DNA of 15,730 nt from a virus (IMGVR_UViG_2563366867_000010), one strand, 5' to 3'; shown: positions 1 through 7,726, counted from the stretch's first letter. Made by a program: numbers and translations. The notes: generated by a model from the letters alone, not told the origin.

Positions 1-135
1 CTACGAAGACAGCGACCTCCGTCTGGCCGGTTCGGATCCGTACCTCGCGAGGTCTTTCCTCGTTACCAGTGCCGTCACTATGACGGTTAAACAGATGACG
101 ATCAGGGCGATTAACATCGCCTTTTGCTGCTTCAT
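1..135 (-). CDS. hokD: Hok/Gef-family small membrane toxin homolog (HokD/RelF-like); C-terminal region frameshifted, possibly a pseudogene
   Basis: Translation from ATG at 135..133 gives MKQQKAMLIALIVICLTVIVTALVTRKDL, which matches the HokD N-terminus and transmembrane segment as I recall it. AAGGAG lies 9 nt upstream. After codon DL the frame diverges (..ARYGSEPARRRSLSS*), while the conserved Hok tail EVRIRTGQTEVAVF is encoded in the adjacent frame (about 47 down to 4), consistent with a 1-nt deletion at the conserved Cys codon. Stop sits at 3..1, the window edge. Confidence 0.7.
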   Translation of the reverse strand: MKQQKAMLIALIVICLTVIVTALVTRKDLARYGSEPARRRSLSS

Positions 136-310
136 AGCCTGCTTCTCCTTGCCTTTCGGCACGTAAGAGGCTAACCTGCATGTGTTCAGCATGAAATTGG
201 CCTCAGATTAATGTTAAGCGTCTTGCAGGACACGTAATGTTAACTGGGGCTTTTCTCCGTCTGCCTTACGGCAGCATGCCCGAGGCAGACCCCCTCAAGC
301 ACCCGCAGTC

Positions 311-338
311 ATTCTACAGTAAAACCCCGCGCTTTCAA
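311..338 (-). promoter_or_regulatory. Candidate sigma70 late promoter (PR'-like) directly downstream of Q
   Basis: On the minus strand: -35 TTGAAA (338..333, overlapping the Q stop codon), 16-nt spacer, -10 TAGAAT (316..311). Followed by a GNRA-type hairpin (rc of about 262..275, ctgccGTAAggcag). This position matches where lambdoid late promoters and qut sites lie. Confidence 0.4.
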
Positions 339-760
339 TTTCCCGTATGTCCGGAAAACTGACTGACCTGTGCCCCTGATCGTTCACGCTCAACGTATCT
401 GTCCATTTCCAGTTTTATTCCCTGCATAATCAACATCCCCTCAATAACACCTTCAGCTTTTTGCAGTACCCGCCCGGCCCAGCAATCAGAGCGCTCATGC
501 TTACGGCCCAGTCCCATAAGCGTCATCCCGAACACATAATAATCATACAGAAAATCATGCAAATCGCTGTTGTTGACGTTCAGTTGCGCCATGCAATTGC
601 TGATAATCAGCGCATCATCATCGGTACACTGAGGCCGTGATTTAACCTTTGATGGGATCACGCCCTTAAATCCGGCAGCGACGCCGGACCATGCCACACT
701 CTCATGATTATTTACCACCCATGCACCCCATCGGGACAGAACCTGTTGGATATCACGCAT
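335..760 (-). CDS. Phage antitermination protein Q (QuuD/QuuQ-like, lambdoid late-gene regulator)
   Basis: Translation [72 protein letters not shown] closely resembles the E. coli prophage Q antiterminator family from memory. Start chosen at the internal ATG 760 (GGAG 9 nt upstream); the ORF-track start at 784 has no Shine-Dalgarno. Confidence 0.85.
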   Translation of the reverse strand: MRDIQQVLSRWGAWVVNNHESVAWSGVAAGFKGVIPSKVKSRPQCTDDDALIISNCMAQLNVNNSDLHDFLYDYYVFGMTLMGLGRKHERSDCWAGRVLQKAEGVIEGMLIMQGIKLEMDRYVERERSGAQVSQFSGHTGN

Positions 761-838
761 TATTCTGTACTCCGCTGTAACCATACTTTTTCTGATTTGA
801 ATGCTCAGGGGGAAAATGTCTACTGGATATCTCCGGCT

Positions 839-1702
839 TCATTGCTCACACTCCCCAACCAGATTGAGAATGACCGCTGAACCATTGTCTTCCATGTACT
901 CATCTTTTCCGCTTGCCAGAAACCAGCGACACACTTCAACCGCTTCATCACGCGTCACAGGCTTTATTTTTCCCAGCAAATTTTCGAGCCAGAACTGCCG
1001 ATCATATACTGACTCATGATGTTCACCTGTGAAACCGTATTTGTCCCCTGTTTCTCTCCCCGCTGTCTGGCGCATCTCATAAAGCCAGTCCCAGTAAATA
1101 AACTCACGAACAACGTCTGACAATGTATGAGGCTCTGGCAGTACATCACGATAGCCATCAACATATGCACGACGCTGATCATCAATTTCATTTGAGCGAA
1201 CACCGTCAATACTTCCGGCTTTTTTCTCTGCCGCAGTCCAGCCCCAGTAGTAATCGTCGATAAATTTCGGGGAGGTGCGAATTATCCGCTCAGCCTCCAC
1301 ATCGTCGAGTGCTGCCTCATAGCTGCCAAATGTGGCCCTGACTGATGCGGCTTTTTTGATATTCTCACGGGCATTCCTGATCGCCTGCGCGGGGTTATCC
1401 ATGCCAATGGTTGCGAAAGCAATCTGGAAAGGATCAATATTAATCTCCTGCAAATAACGTCCATACCGTTCACTCGCTTCTTCCGGCGTTATTTTGAGTT
1501 TCTCCAGTGCTGCTTCGGCTGCGTCCAGATGTACGGCCTCGTTCAGGTGAATAACCTCCAGAATCCAGAGATAAGCATCAGTCTGTTTATGTCCGGTGAT
1601 CCTCCTTTGTTCTGGCAGAGGTTTGATATTTGCCGGAACGGCGCTGTACGCTGCCGTCGGGATAGTGAATAAAGCTTTATGTACCTGATTGTCCGTACGC
1701 AT
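839..1702 (-). CDS. Hypothetical phage protein (nin-region position between primase and Q)
   Basis: Long uninterrupted ORF of 287 aa. Its ATG at 1702..1700 overlaps the primase stop TGA (1704..1702) in a TGATG arrangement, suggesting translational coupling. No motif recognised by eye. Confidence 0.6.
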   Translation of the reverse strand: MRTDNQVHKALFTIPTAAYSAVPANIKPLPEQRRITGHKQTDAYLWILEVIHLNEAVHLDAAEAALEKLKITPEEASERYGRYLQEINIDPFQIAFATIGMDNPAQAIRNARENIKKAASVRATFGSYEAALDDVEAERIIRTSPKFIDDYYWGWTAAEKKAGSIDGVRSNEIDDQRRAYVDGYRDVLPEPHTLSDVVREFIYWDWLYEMRQTAGRETGDKYGFTGEHHESVYDRQFWLENLLGKIKPVTRDEAVEVCRWFLASGKDEYMEDNGSAVILNLVGECEQ

Positions 1703-2670
1703 CACGCAACCGCCTTTTTTCTGTAAAAAACCAGTTCCCGAACCTGATCGCCGTTCATGAGCATATTGTTGAAATCATCATGATCAGGCCACCGGACACT
1801 TACCCGCTGAATGTCATTTCGGGCCTGGAGATTTGCATGTGCGCATTCACAGGCCGCAGCCATTCCGGTAGCACTGTATTCATCGCGATCGGCAAAAATA
1901 ATCAGATGGGTGACTCCCGCCGGTACGCGGAACTTTTTCATAAAACCACTGTTAATGGTTGCCCAGGTATTTACTTTGTATATCTGATGTGCGGACAACG
2001 CGGTTTCGATACCTTCAGCTATACCCAGTGTACTGGCTACCGGAAACATCCTGATAGCAACTGACCGGGCATGGTCCAGATAGTTATCGTCCTGTAAAGA
2101 TTTGAGCCTTCTGGCGCTGATACCAATGTCTGCTTTTTTAGCTCCATCAAGCAATGTCTGATGCAGGTAACACAGTTCTCCCTTGTCATCGGTCGCCAGG
2201 GCATAAAGAGACTGGAACATGCGCCCGTTATAATTTTGCTGGCTGTTGAAGCGAACTCCCTCAACCGGAAGACTGAATATGCCACGGGAACGAAGATATT
2301 CAGCACCAGATGTTCCCTGTAGCGACGTGAGCGCTGAAAATCGACGCTGAACGCGCGATCTCAGGCTTTCCGACGTACAGATCACAGGCGGTTTATCTCT
2401 CCGGTATTCATTCCCCGTGATGCGGTCTATTTCAGCGCAAATTTCATGAAACGCTCTTTTTTGTGTCAGAGCGATCAGTTTCATGCCGTCACCGCTACCA
2501 CAAACACAGATCCACGTTCCGGTGCCATCACGGTCATCAATACGGAACTTACCTCTGGCACCACAAACCGGACATTCCCCTTTGAAGTGCTTTTTACCCG
2601 TGACTGGCGGCAGTCCGTAATGTTTTAAAATTTCAGGCCAGTGGCCTTTCGCTGCTTCTGCTGTTTTCAT
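1702..2670 (-). CDS. DNA primase-like protein (N-terminal zinc ribbon + Toprim domain)
   Basis: N-terminal CPVCG..(16 aa)..CVCG zinc-binding motif typical of primase zinc ribbons. Toprim signatures: conserved Glu in IAEGIETALS and DxD in IIFADRDEYS. Start ATG 2670 lies 1 nt after the helicase stop. Confidence 0.75.
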   Translation of the reverse strand: MKTAEAAKGHWPEILKHYGLPPVTGKKHFKGECPVCGARGKFRIDDRDGTGTWICVCGSGDGMKLIALTQKRAFHEICAEIDRITGNEYRRDKPPVICTSESLRSRVQRRFSALTSLQGTSGAEYLRSRGIFSLPVEGVRFNSQQNYNGRMFQSLYALATDDKGELCYLHQTLLDGAKKADIGISARRLKSLQDDNYLDHARSVAIRMFPVASTLGIAEGIETALSAHQIYKVNTWATINSGFMKKFRVPAGVTHLIIFADRDEYSATGMAAACECAHANLQARNDIQRVSVRWPDHDDFNNMLMNGDQVRELVFYRKKAVA

Positions 2671-2671
2671 C

Positions 2672-4330
2672 TTACTGACTCAGACTGTTTCTGTTTTTCT
2701 GAAGTTGTTGCTTTGCCTGCATGATCTGCCACGACTCACTGCCTTCCGGCACCCCAGACCGGACACCATGAAGCAGGGACAGAGAAAGCGCTTCGGGGGA
2801 TTTTTCCGTCATCTTCTCTGCCCGGCTACGCCCTCTGGCAAACCGGATGAATTTGTGTCTGATGTAATTACTGACCTCCGGGGTGATTTCCATCGGAAAA
2901 CCGCTCAGCCCGTCAGGCCATTCGCCGAACTTCTCCCGGAAAGTGTGAGCGCACCATCCATCGCTGACCGGTCGCCCCAGAGAGGCACGCTGACGCTGAT
3001 AGAATTTGATCTGACTCCACCAGGCCTGTTTGTCGCTTTTGGTGTAAATTTTTTCGTCCTTGCTGAGTTTCCTGATATTGCGGCGGGTATCTGTGTTCAC
3101 ATCCTCACCAGCCAGCGGTTTAAATCCGCATTTCGGACAGACATAAACACCTGCCGGTTTCATGAAATGACACCCCGGACATTCTTTCGGCAGTTTTTCT
3201 TCCCGAATTTCGTTACCACGTGATGATGACACCTGCATCCCGTCGTTTTTGCCGGGCAGTTCGTCATACTCAATATTTTCAGGAAATCCCAGGCGATGAA
3301 CCGTACCGGAATGGTCGAAAATCAGGCATGACTCCTTGCCTGGCGCTGTACGCAATCCTCTCCCAATCGCCTGAAGCCAGCGAATCTCTGATTTTGTCGG
3401 GCGTGCGTAAATGATGCACCGGACATCACTGTCAAATCCCGCCACCAGAACGCCAACGCTGACAATGATTTTCGTCGCTCCCGTTTCAAAACGACTGATC
3501 ATTAACTGACGCTCATCATGTGGCGTTTCAGCAACCATCACCTCTGCGTTAATTCCGGCTTTGTTGAACTGCATGGTCACGAAGCTGGCATGCGTTTTAT
3601 TGACGCAGAACGCCACTGTCGGTAAATCCCTTCCGTTACACAGCCAGTTATCGACAATATCGCCAACCAGATCCGCGCCGCACATAATCTCTGCCAGTTG
3701 TGATTCGTCGTAATCCCTGCCGTACTCCATTGAGACTTTCGTTTTTACACCTTCCAGATCCGGTTTCGTGGGCGCATAAAATTCGTAATTGCTCAGTTCG
3801 CCACGCTGGATCAGTTCCCCTATAGTGGTCGGCTTGAGAAGACGCTGGTAATAACGCCCCAGGAACGATGAAAAGGGTGTACCGGACAACCCAATCACCT
3901 TCACATTTCCCTCTGCAACCAGTCGTTCGATTTCCGTGAGGATGCGGCGCTTACGGAGATGCGCTTCATCAATAATCAGCAGGTCGATATTCTGAGGAAA
4001 ATCACGGCGAATCAGCGTATCCGCACTGGAAATCTGAATCAGTCGTGACGGGTCGTTATTGGGATGAGCACGCCAGATAAAGCTGATTTCATCCCCGGAA
4101 AGCCCGTACTGAACAAAGCGCTGTGCTGTCTGGTTGATCAAAATGGTATAAGGAACGACAAACAGAACGCGCATGCCACGGCTTACCAGACCAGCAGTGA
4201 TGAACGCCGCCAGGCCGGTTTTACCACTCCCTGTAGGCATGTACATCATGAAGGACTGATATGTTTTCCAGTCATGACGCAACATATTCAGCGCACGTTC
4301 CTGAGCAAAATTCGGCTTGATATTCAGCAT
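2672..4330 (-). CDS. Superfamily-2 DEAD/DEAH-box helicase with C-terminal Cys4 zinc ribbon (probable replicative helicase of the prophage)
   Basis: Walker A MPTGSGKT, motif II IIDEAH, motif III SGT, motif VI QAIGRGLR, plus CPGCHF..(10 aa)..CPKCG. GGGAG lies 6 nt upstream of ATG 4330. Confidence 0.85.
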   Translation of the reverse strand: MLNIKPNFAQERALNMLRHDWKTYQSFMMYMPTGSGKTGLAAFITAGLVSRGMRVLFVVPYTILINQTAQRFVQYGLSGDEISFIWRAHPNNDPSRLIQISSADTLIRRDFPQNIDLLIIDEAHLRKRRILTEIERLVAEGNVKVIGLSGTPFSSFLGRYYQRLLKPTTIGELIQRGELSNYEFYAPTKPDLEGVKTKVSMEYGRDYDESQLAEIMCGADLVGDIVDNWLCNGRDLPTVAFCVNKTHASFVTMQFNKAGINAEVMVAETPHDERQLMISRFETGATKIIVSVGVLVAGFDSDVRCIIYARPTKSEIRWLQAIGRGLRTAPGKESCLIFDHSGTVHRLGFPENIEYDELPGKNDGMQVSSSRGNEIREEKLPKECPGCHFMKPAGVYVCPKCGFKPLAGEDVNTDTRRNIRKLSKDEKIYTKSDKQAWWSQIKFYQRQRASLGRPVSDGWCAHTFREKFGEWPDGLSGFPMEITPEVSNYIRHKFIRFARGRSRAEKMTEKSPEALSLSLLHGVRSGVPEGSESWQIMQAKQQLQKNRNSLSQ

Positions 4331-4363
4331 GGTATTCTCCCGATGACAAGGCTGATACAGTGA

Positions 4364-4732
4364 TTACTTAAACCGGGTCGCCCGGATGACATCCACACCA
4401 TCGGCGATATAACGCTGTGGATGTTTGCCATCACGGAGAAAAACAAATCCCGAAATGCCTTCAGGAAGCGCTCGAATTTTCATCAGTGAACGCTGACGGG
4501 GTGATCGGTTATCCACCTCAACTGCGCAACGCTGACCATCGGGAGAAATAACCAGAAGATCGATAAATCCCCTGCGATCACCTTTCAGCCTGACAGTGAA
4601 ACAGCGTTGCAACTCACAGCCCAGAGATTTGATTTTCTTTTGCAGAACGTAGTCGAATGTGACCTTGTCCATTCCATGTCCGAATTCCTCTTCCAGAAGG
4701 TTGATTAGTACCAGTTTCAGTTCAGCGCTCAT
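4364..4732 (-). CDS. Hypothetical protein, possible nuclease-like fold (tentative)
   Basis: 122-aa ORF immediately upstream of the helicase on the same strand. Contains IDLLVISPDGQRCAVEVDNR, loosely reminiscent of a PD-(D/E)xK core but not a clean match. Weak RBS, so the start is uncertain. Confidence 0.5.
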   Translation of the reverse strand: MSAELKLVLINLLEEEFGHGMDKVTFDYVLQKKIKSLGCELQRCFTVRLKGDRRGFIDLLVISPDGQRCAVEVDNRSPRQRSLMKIRALPEGISGFVFLRDGKHPQRYIADGVDVIRATRFK

Positions 4733-4868
4733 ATTTTAACCATGATGTACTAGTTTGCTGATACGTCCGTTTTTTCAGGGATGCCCCTTTAGATCGAGAT
4801 CTACCTAACCTCTGTACCCGTCTGTTGGAAGATCCCGTTCCAGTGCTTCGCACTAACACACGGGCACT

Positions 4869-4886
4869 CCCCCCCTTACCCCCCCC
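4869..4886. repeat. Two homopolymeric C tracts (C7 at 4869..4875 and C8 at 4879..4886) separated by TTA
   Basis: Read directly from the sequence, inside a 243-bp non-coding gap (4733..4975) of the minus-strand early operon. Tracts of this length are prone to slipped-strand variation. Confidence 0.9.
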
Positions 4887-4975
4887 TCTCAACTTATGCA
4901 CTAGCTTGGTAGTACACAGGTGCATCCTGAGAAGTGGGGTCTCAGCCCGTCGGTCACCTTTAAGACCAACACCAT

Positions 4976-5269
4976 TCAGGTACGCTGTTGCGTTCCTGCC
5001 AGGGGCGGCTGAGTCGTATACCCCTGTAATGCACGCCCGTGTGTTTCAACGAACCTGCGCAGCCGTACATTGGCTTCATGCCTCGCTCTGTTCTCCTTAC
5101 GGAATGAAACAGGCTCGGAATCAAAAGTAACTTCGTAAACCTCCGCGTATTTCAGGGCGACCTTCTGTCTCAGTGAGGAAGGCAGGCTCTGTAACTGCCG
5201 CTTAATCCACTCTGAATCTGCCTGGCTGTACCTGGCAGGCATCTCCATCTGAACGTAATCAGGGGACAT
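4976..5269 (-). CDS. Hypothetical early protein (cII-position)
   Basis: 97-aa ORF with GGAGG 4 nt upstream of ATG 5269. It starts 18 bp downstream of the stop of the Cro-position gene. No recognisable motif. Confidence 0.55.
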   Translation of the reverse strand: MSPDYVQMEMPARYSQADSEWIKRQLQSLPSSLRQKVALKYAEVYEVTFDSEPVSFRKENRARHEANVRLRRFVETHGRALQGYTTQPPLAGTQQRT

Positions 5270-5287
5270 ACAGCCTCCGGCAGAACA

Positions 5288-5497
5288 TCACGATTCATGA
5301 CTGGCATTCATGAGCGACGGATGCTGATAAGGAATTTTGGGATCCAGATGACAAAGGATCGCCACATCTTCCGGCACACCTCGGGTTTTCCACTTTCCAA
5401 CGCCCTGACTACCTCTAGGTTTTCCTCTCTTAGGGAAACGGCGACCAATTGCAGCATTGGTTTTAAACTCAGCTTTTAAAATTTCGTAAAGAGTCAT
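5288..5497 (-). CDS. Small basic protein at the Cro position (putative early regulator, divergent from the repressor)
   Basis: 69-aa ORF transcribed divergently from the CI-like repressor, with the operator cluster between them. It is Lys/Arg-rich, but I cannot recognise a classic HTH. The functional call is positional only. Confidence 0.45.
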   Translation of the reverse strand: MTLYEILKAEFKTNAAIGRRFPKRGKPRGSQGVGKWKTRGVPEDVAILCHLDPKIPYQHPSLMNASHES

Positions 5498-5513
5498 CTC
5501 TCACTCACTGATT

Positions 5514-5583
5514 GATACTTTAGCATCCATAAATATACAACAAATGAATCTAAAGTATCAAGAATATGTGCTACTTTAGTATC
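5514..5583. promoter_or_regulatory. Operator cluster (three 14-bp palindromic sites) with divergent promoters between the Cro-position gene and the repressor
   Basis: Sites GATACTTTAGCATC (5514..5527), GAATCTAAAGTATC (5546..5559) and GCTACTTTAGTATC (5570..5583), all variants of GATACTTTAGTATC. Candidate minus-strand promoter: -35 TTGATA (rc of 5556..5561), -10 TATATT (rc of 5532..5537), 18-nt spacer. Confidence 0.65.
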
Positions 5584-5607
5584 GACCGAAAAAACAGGAG
5601 AGATAAA

Positions 5608-6264
5608 ATGAGAACTTTGGGAGAGCGCCTTAGCAGCGCCAGGCAACGGGCAGGATTGACACAAGATGCATTAGCAAAAAAAGCCGGCATAACCCGCGTG
5701 GCTATAAGCAAAGCAGAGCAAGGACTTACTAAAAGCTTCAACGGAGATACTTTATTAAAGGTAGCCACAGCCCTAAACTGCTCTCCACAATGGCTACAAA
5801 ATGGAGAAGAACAATCTGTAAACTGGGAAAACAATGTTAAGAGTTGTCCTCAAAAAGACGCATTTCATTCCTATCCCGTTATTAACTGGGTCCAGGCCGG
5901 ACTATTCTCTACTGCTGGAGATGATTACAGCATGTATGACCATGATAACTGGAGACATTCTGTCAAATATGCAGGTGAAAGAGGTTTTTGGCTTGAAGTA
6001 CATGGTGATTCAATGACCTCGCCTGTTGGAATCACCTTTCCTGAGGGTATGTCTATTCTCGTAAACCCAGACAAAGCTGTACATTCAGGCTGTTACGTTA
6101 TCGCAAGAAAAAAATCAACCAACGAAGCAACATTCAAAAAATATGTGACTGAAATGGGAAGATCTTTCCTGAAACCACTCAATCCTCAGTATCCCATCAT
6201 TGAAATAGATGATGATTGTGAAATCGTCGGCGTGATCGTGGATGCCCGATGGGATATTTTCTAA
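5608..6264 (+). CDS. CI-like prophage repressor (N-terminal HTH_XRE + C-terminal S24 LexA-type peptidase domain)
   Basis: N-terminal HTH (LGERLSSARQRAGLTQDALAKKAGITRVAISKAEQG), Ala-Gly autocleavage context (VQAGLF), catalytic Ser in GDSM and Lys in FKKY. AGGAG lies 7 nt upstream of ATG 5608; the ORF-track start at 5566 is probably too far upstream. Confidence 0.85.
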   Translation: MRTLGERLSSARQRAGLTQDALAKKAGITRVAISKAEQGLTKSFNGDTLLKVATALNCSPQWLQNGEEQSVNWENNVKSCPQKDAFHSYPVINWVQAGLFSTAGDDYSMYDHDNWRHSVKYAGERGFWLEVHGDSMTSPVGITFPEGMSILVNPDKAVHSGCYVIARKKSTNEATFKKYVTEMGRSFLKPLNPQYPIIEIDDDCEIVGVIVDARWDIF

Positions 6265-6268
6265 GAAA

Positions 6269-6317
6269 GATACTTTAGTATCAAAAAACGCTTGCTCATG
6301 AATGATACTTTAGTTAC
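6269..6317. promoter_or_regulatory. Second operator pair (PL-like control region) downstream of the repressor gene
   Basis: Perfect palindrome GATACTTTAGTATC (6269..6282) and variant GATACTTTAGTTAC (6304..6317). Candidate plus-strand promoter: -35 TTGCTC (6292..6297), -10 TACCAT (6315..6320), overlapped by the second site. Confidence 0.6.
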
Positions 6318-6348
6318 CATGCTAAAAAGTAACTGAGGTATCATTAAT

Positions 6349-6759
6349 ATGTTCCAAAAAACTACGCTATCATGCATTGAAGATTTAAAAAATCTTGGCT
6401 CCCTCATTGCTCTTATCGCAAAAGCAGCGCCAGATACAACTCTTGCCAATGATATCGAGTCATGCGCCGGAATGGCGTGGGATATAATAAACAAAGTATC
6501 TCGCACATTATCTTTGTTAATTCATAAACAAAACATTTCTGATTGCCCCCATGAGATCCGCACCCAACGCGAAAGCTGCGGTCTATCCACCGCTGAACTC
6601 GCCACGCTGCTTGGAGTTGATGAAGAAACCATCATCCAGTGGGAGAACGGCAAGGCTGAACCTCTGGCAAGCCAGGTGATTCCTCTGGCAAATATACTTG
6701 ACTGCGATCCGATGTGGTTACTTACAAGTTTCCATTCTGACACGACAAAGGAATCGTAA
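6349..6759 (+). CDS. Hypothetical protein with C-terminal HTH_XRE domain (first gene of the leftward-type early operon)
   Basis: 136-aa ORF with GAGG 10 nt upstream. The C-terminal 55 aa (IRTQRESCGLSTAELATLLGVDEETIIQWENGKAEP..) is a clear XRE-type helix-turn-helix. The N-terminal 80 aa is unrecognised. Confidence 0.7.
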   Translation: MFQKTTLSCIEDLKNLGSLIALIAKAAPDTTLANDIESCAGMAWDIINKVSRTLSLLIHKQNISDCPHEIRTQRESCGLSTAELATLLGVDEETIIQWENGKAEPLASQVIPLANILDCDPMWLLTSFHSDTTKES

Positions 6760-6760
6760 G

Positions 6761-6952
6761 ATGAAAATGTTCAAAGGCCTCACCAACGAACCGGAAACAG
6801 CTTTTCATCACATTGCAGTACTGCTTGAAGCGGGGTTAATCATTTCGGCTTCCGGTGATGAAGAATGTGATGAACTTTCGGATGACATATTTTTACTGGC
6901 ACAACAATACGCCAGAAGCGCATGCGATGCATTTAAGGAACAAAGAACATGA
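6761..6952 (+). CDS. Small acidic protein, paralog family member 1
   Basis: 63 aa from ATG 6761, AAGGA 9 nt upstream, 1 nt after the preceding stop. Shares the SGD..D..FLL..S..C..F/Y motif with the next gene and with 7727..7921. Confidence 0.6.
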   Translation: MKMFKGLTNEPETAFHHIAVLLEAGLIISASGDEECDELSDDIFLLAQQYARSACDAFKEQRT

Positions 6953-7149
6953 AAACTCCCCTGATTATGCTTGAGGAAGTGGCAGCAGAAATAAAAGAAA
7001 ACACGTCAATGCTTGAGTTTATATTTAAAAACTCTGGTGATAACGGAGAGACAGATGATTTCTTACTTTGTATGATTCGTTCCATGAATAAAACCTGTGA
7101 AAAGGCTTACGAGTATGTTGATGCTCTGAGAACGAATAAAGGAAATTAA
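6949..7149 (+). CDS. Small acidic protein, paralog family member 2
   Basis: 66 aa. Its start overlaps the preceding stop (ATGA). Motif LEFIFKNSGDNGETDDFLLCMIRSMNKTCEKAYEY aligns with member 3 (LLQVIIDSGDIGSPDALNMMNCLFRSLSCTADKAEKH). Confidence 0.6.
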   Translation: MKTPLIMLEEVAAEIKENTSMLEFIFKNSGDNGETDDFLLCMIRSMNKTCEKAYEYVDALRTNKGN

Positions 7150-7221
7150 ACAGACAATCATACATAAAAACATGACGGTCTGCGGTCGGGAGTTCTCACT
7201 ATTTTAAAATGGGGATGACAC

Positions 7222-7320
7222 ATGAAAGACAAACATGCCTATAAAACCGCTTTATTAATGGCTGATGCCGGATACTGGTCAGTTGCAGTATTGTTTCTCA
7301 AAAAGGCATACGGGAAATAA
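7222..7320 (+). CDS. Possible 32-aa micro-protein (MKDKHAYKTALLMADAGYWSVAVLFLKKAYGK)
   Basis: Not in the ORF track (too short). GGGGA 6 nt upstream of ATG 7222. Moderately hydrophobic core. Ends 3 nt before the next gene start. Confidence 0.3.
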   Translation: MKDKHAYKTALLMADAGYWSVAVLFLKKAYGK

Positions 7321-7323
7321 CAA

Positions 7324-7686
7324 ATGAAAGATGAATACATTTCTGCATATCGTCGCCGCATAACGGTTGCAGCACTGCGGCGGATGAAACGAAAAACAGG
7401 AAGTAACCTCCTCACTGTAAAGCGTCATGATGGAGAGTTAACAACTATTGAAATAACAGAACAGTTCATAAGCCAGTTGCTATTACGATTTGAAGGCGTT
7501 ACCCGTGGTGAGTTTGGGCGGAAAGATGGTGAAACAGCAATACGCACTGCATACCAGGATGCTGTCGGTATCAACCAACATGGTGAGTATCTGACTGAAT
7601 CAGGAAAGTTAATCATTGATGAACTTTTGAATGAATGCATCGATTACATTAAAGAGGGGCATATTACCAGATGCGTTAATCATTAA
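7324..7686 (+). CDS. Hypothetical protein with arginine-rich N-terminus
   Basis: 120-aa ORF. The N-terminus YRRRITVAALRRMKRKTG is Arg/Lys-rich. No other motif recognised. Confidence 0.55.
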   Translation: MKDEYISAYRRRITVAALRRMKRKTGSNLLTVKRHDGELTTIEITEQFISQLLLRFEGVTRGEFGRKDGETAIRTAYQDAVGINQHGEYLTESGKLIIDELLNECIDYIKEGHITRCVNH

Positions 7687-7726
7687 CAGCATAGCTCCTC
7701 TCCCGGAATAACGGAGATAATGAAAA

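Noticed and set aside
964-1473. ORFs 964..1209 (-) and 1282..1473 (-) inside 839..1702
   Set aside because: Alternative-frame ORFs nested within the long 287-aa ORF. No independent support.
1780-3414. ORFs 1780..2064 (+), 2037..2306 (-), 2446..2628 (+), 2705..3223 (+) and 3220..3414 (+) within the primase and helicase genes
   Set aside because: They are antisense or out of frame to long motif-supported genes, with no RBS or recognisable features. Shadow ORFs.
4722-5130. ORFs 4722..4925 (-) and 4825..5130 (+) across the poly-C region
   Set aside because: Their translations are low-complexity (PPLPPPL, RGGGKGGS) and driven by the homopolymer tracts. The plus-strand ORF starts on TTG, lacks an RBS and overlaps the minus-strand gene 4976..5269. 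Treated as non-coding.
5566-5607. ORF-track start of the repressor at 5566 (MCYFSIDRKNRRDK..)
   Set aside because: That extension would run through the operator sites and has no RBS. The ATG at 5608 has AGGAG 7 nt upstream and begins the HTH domain.
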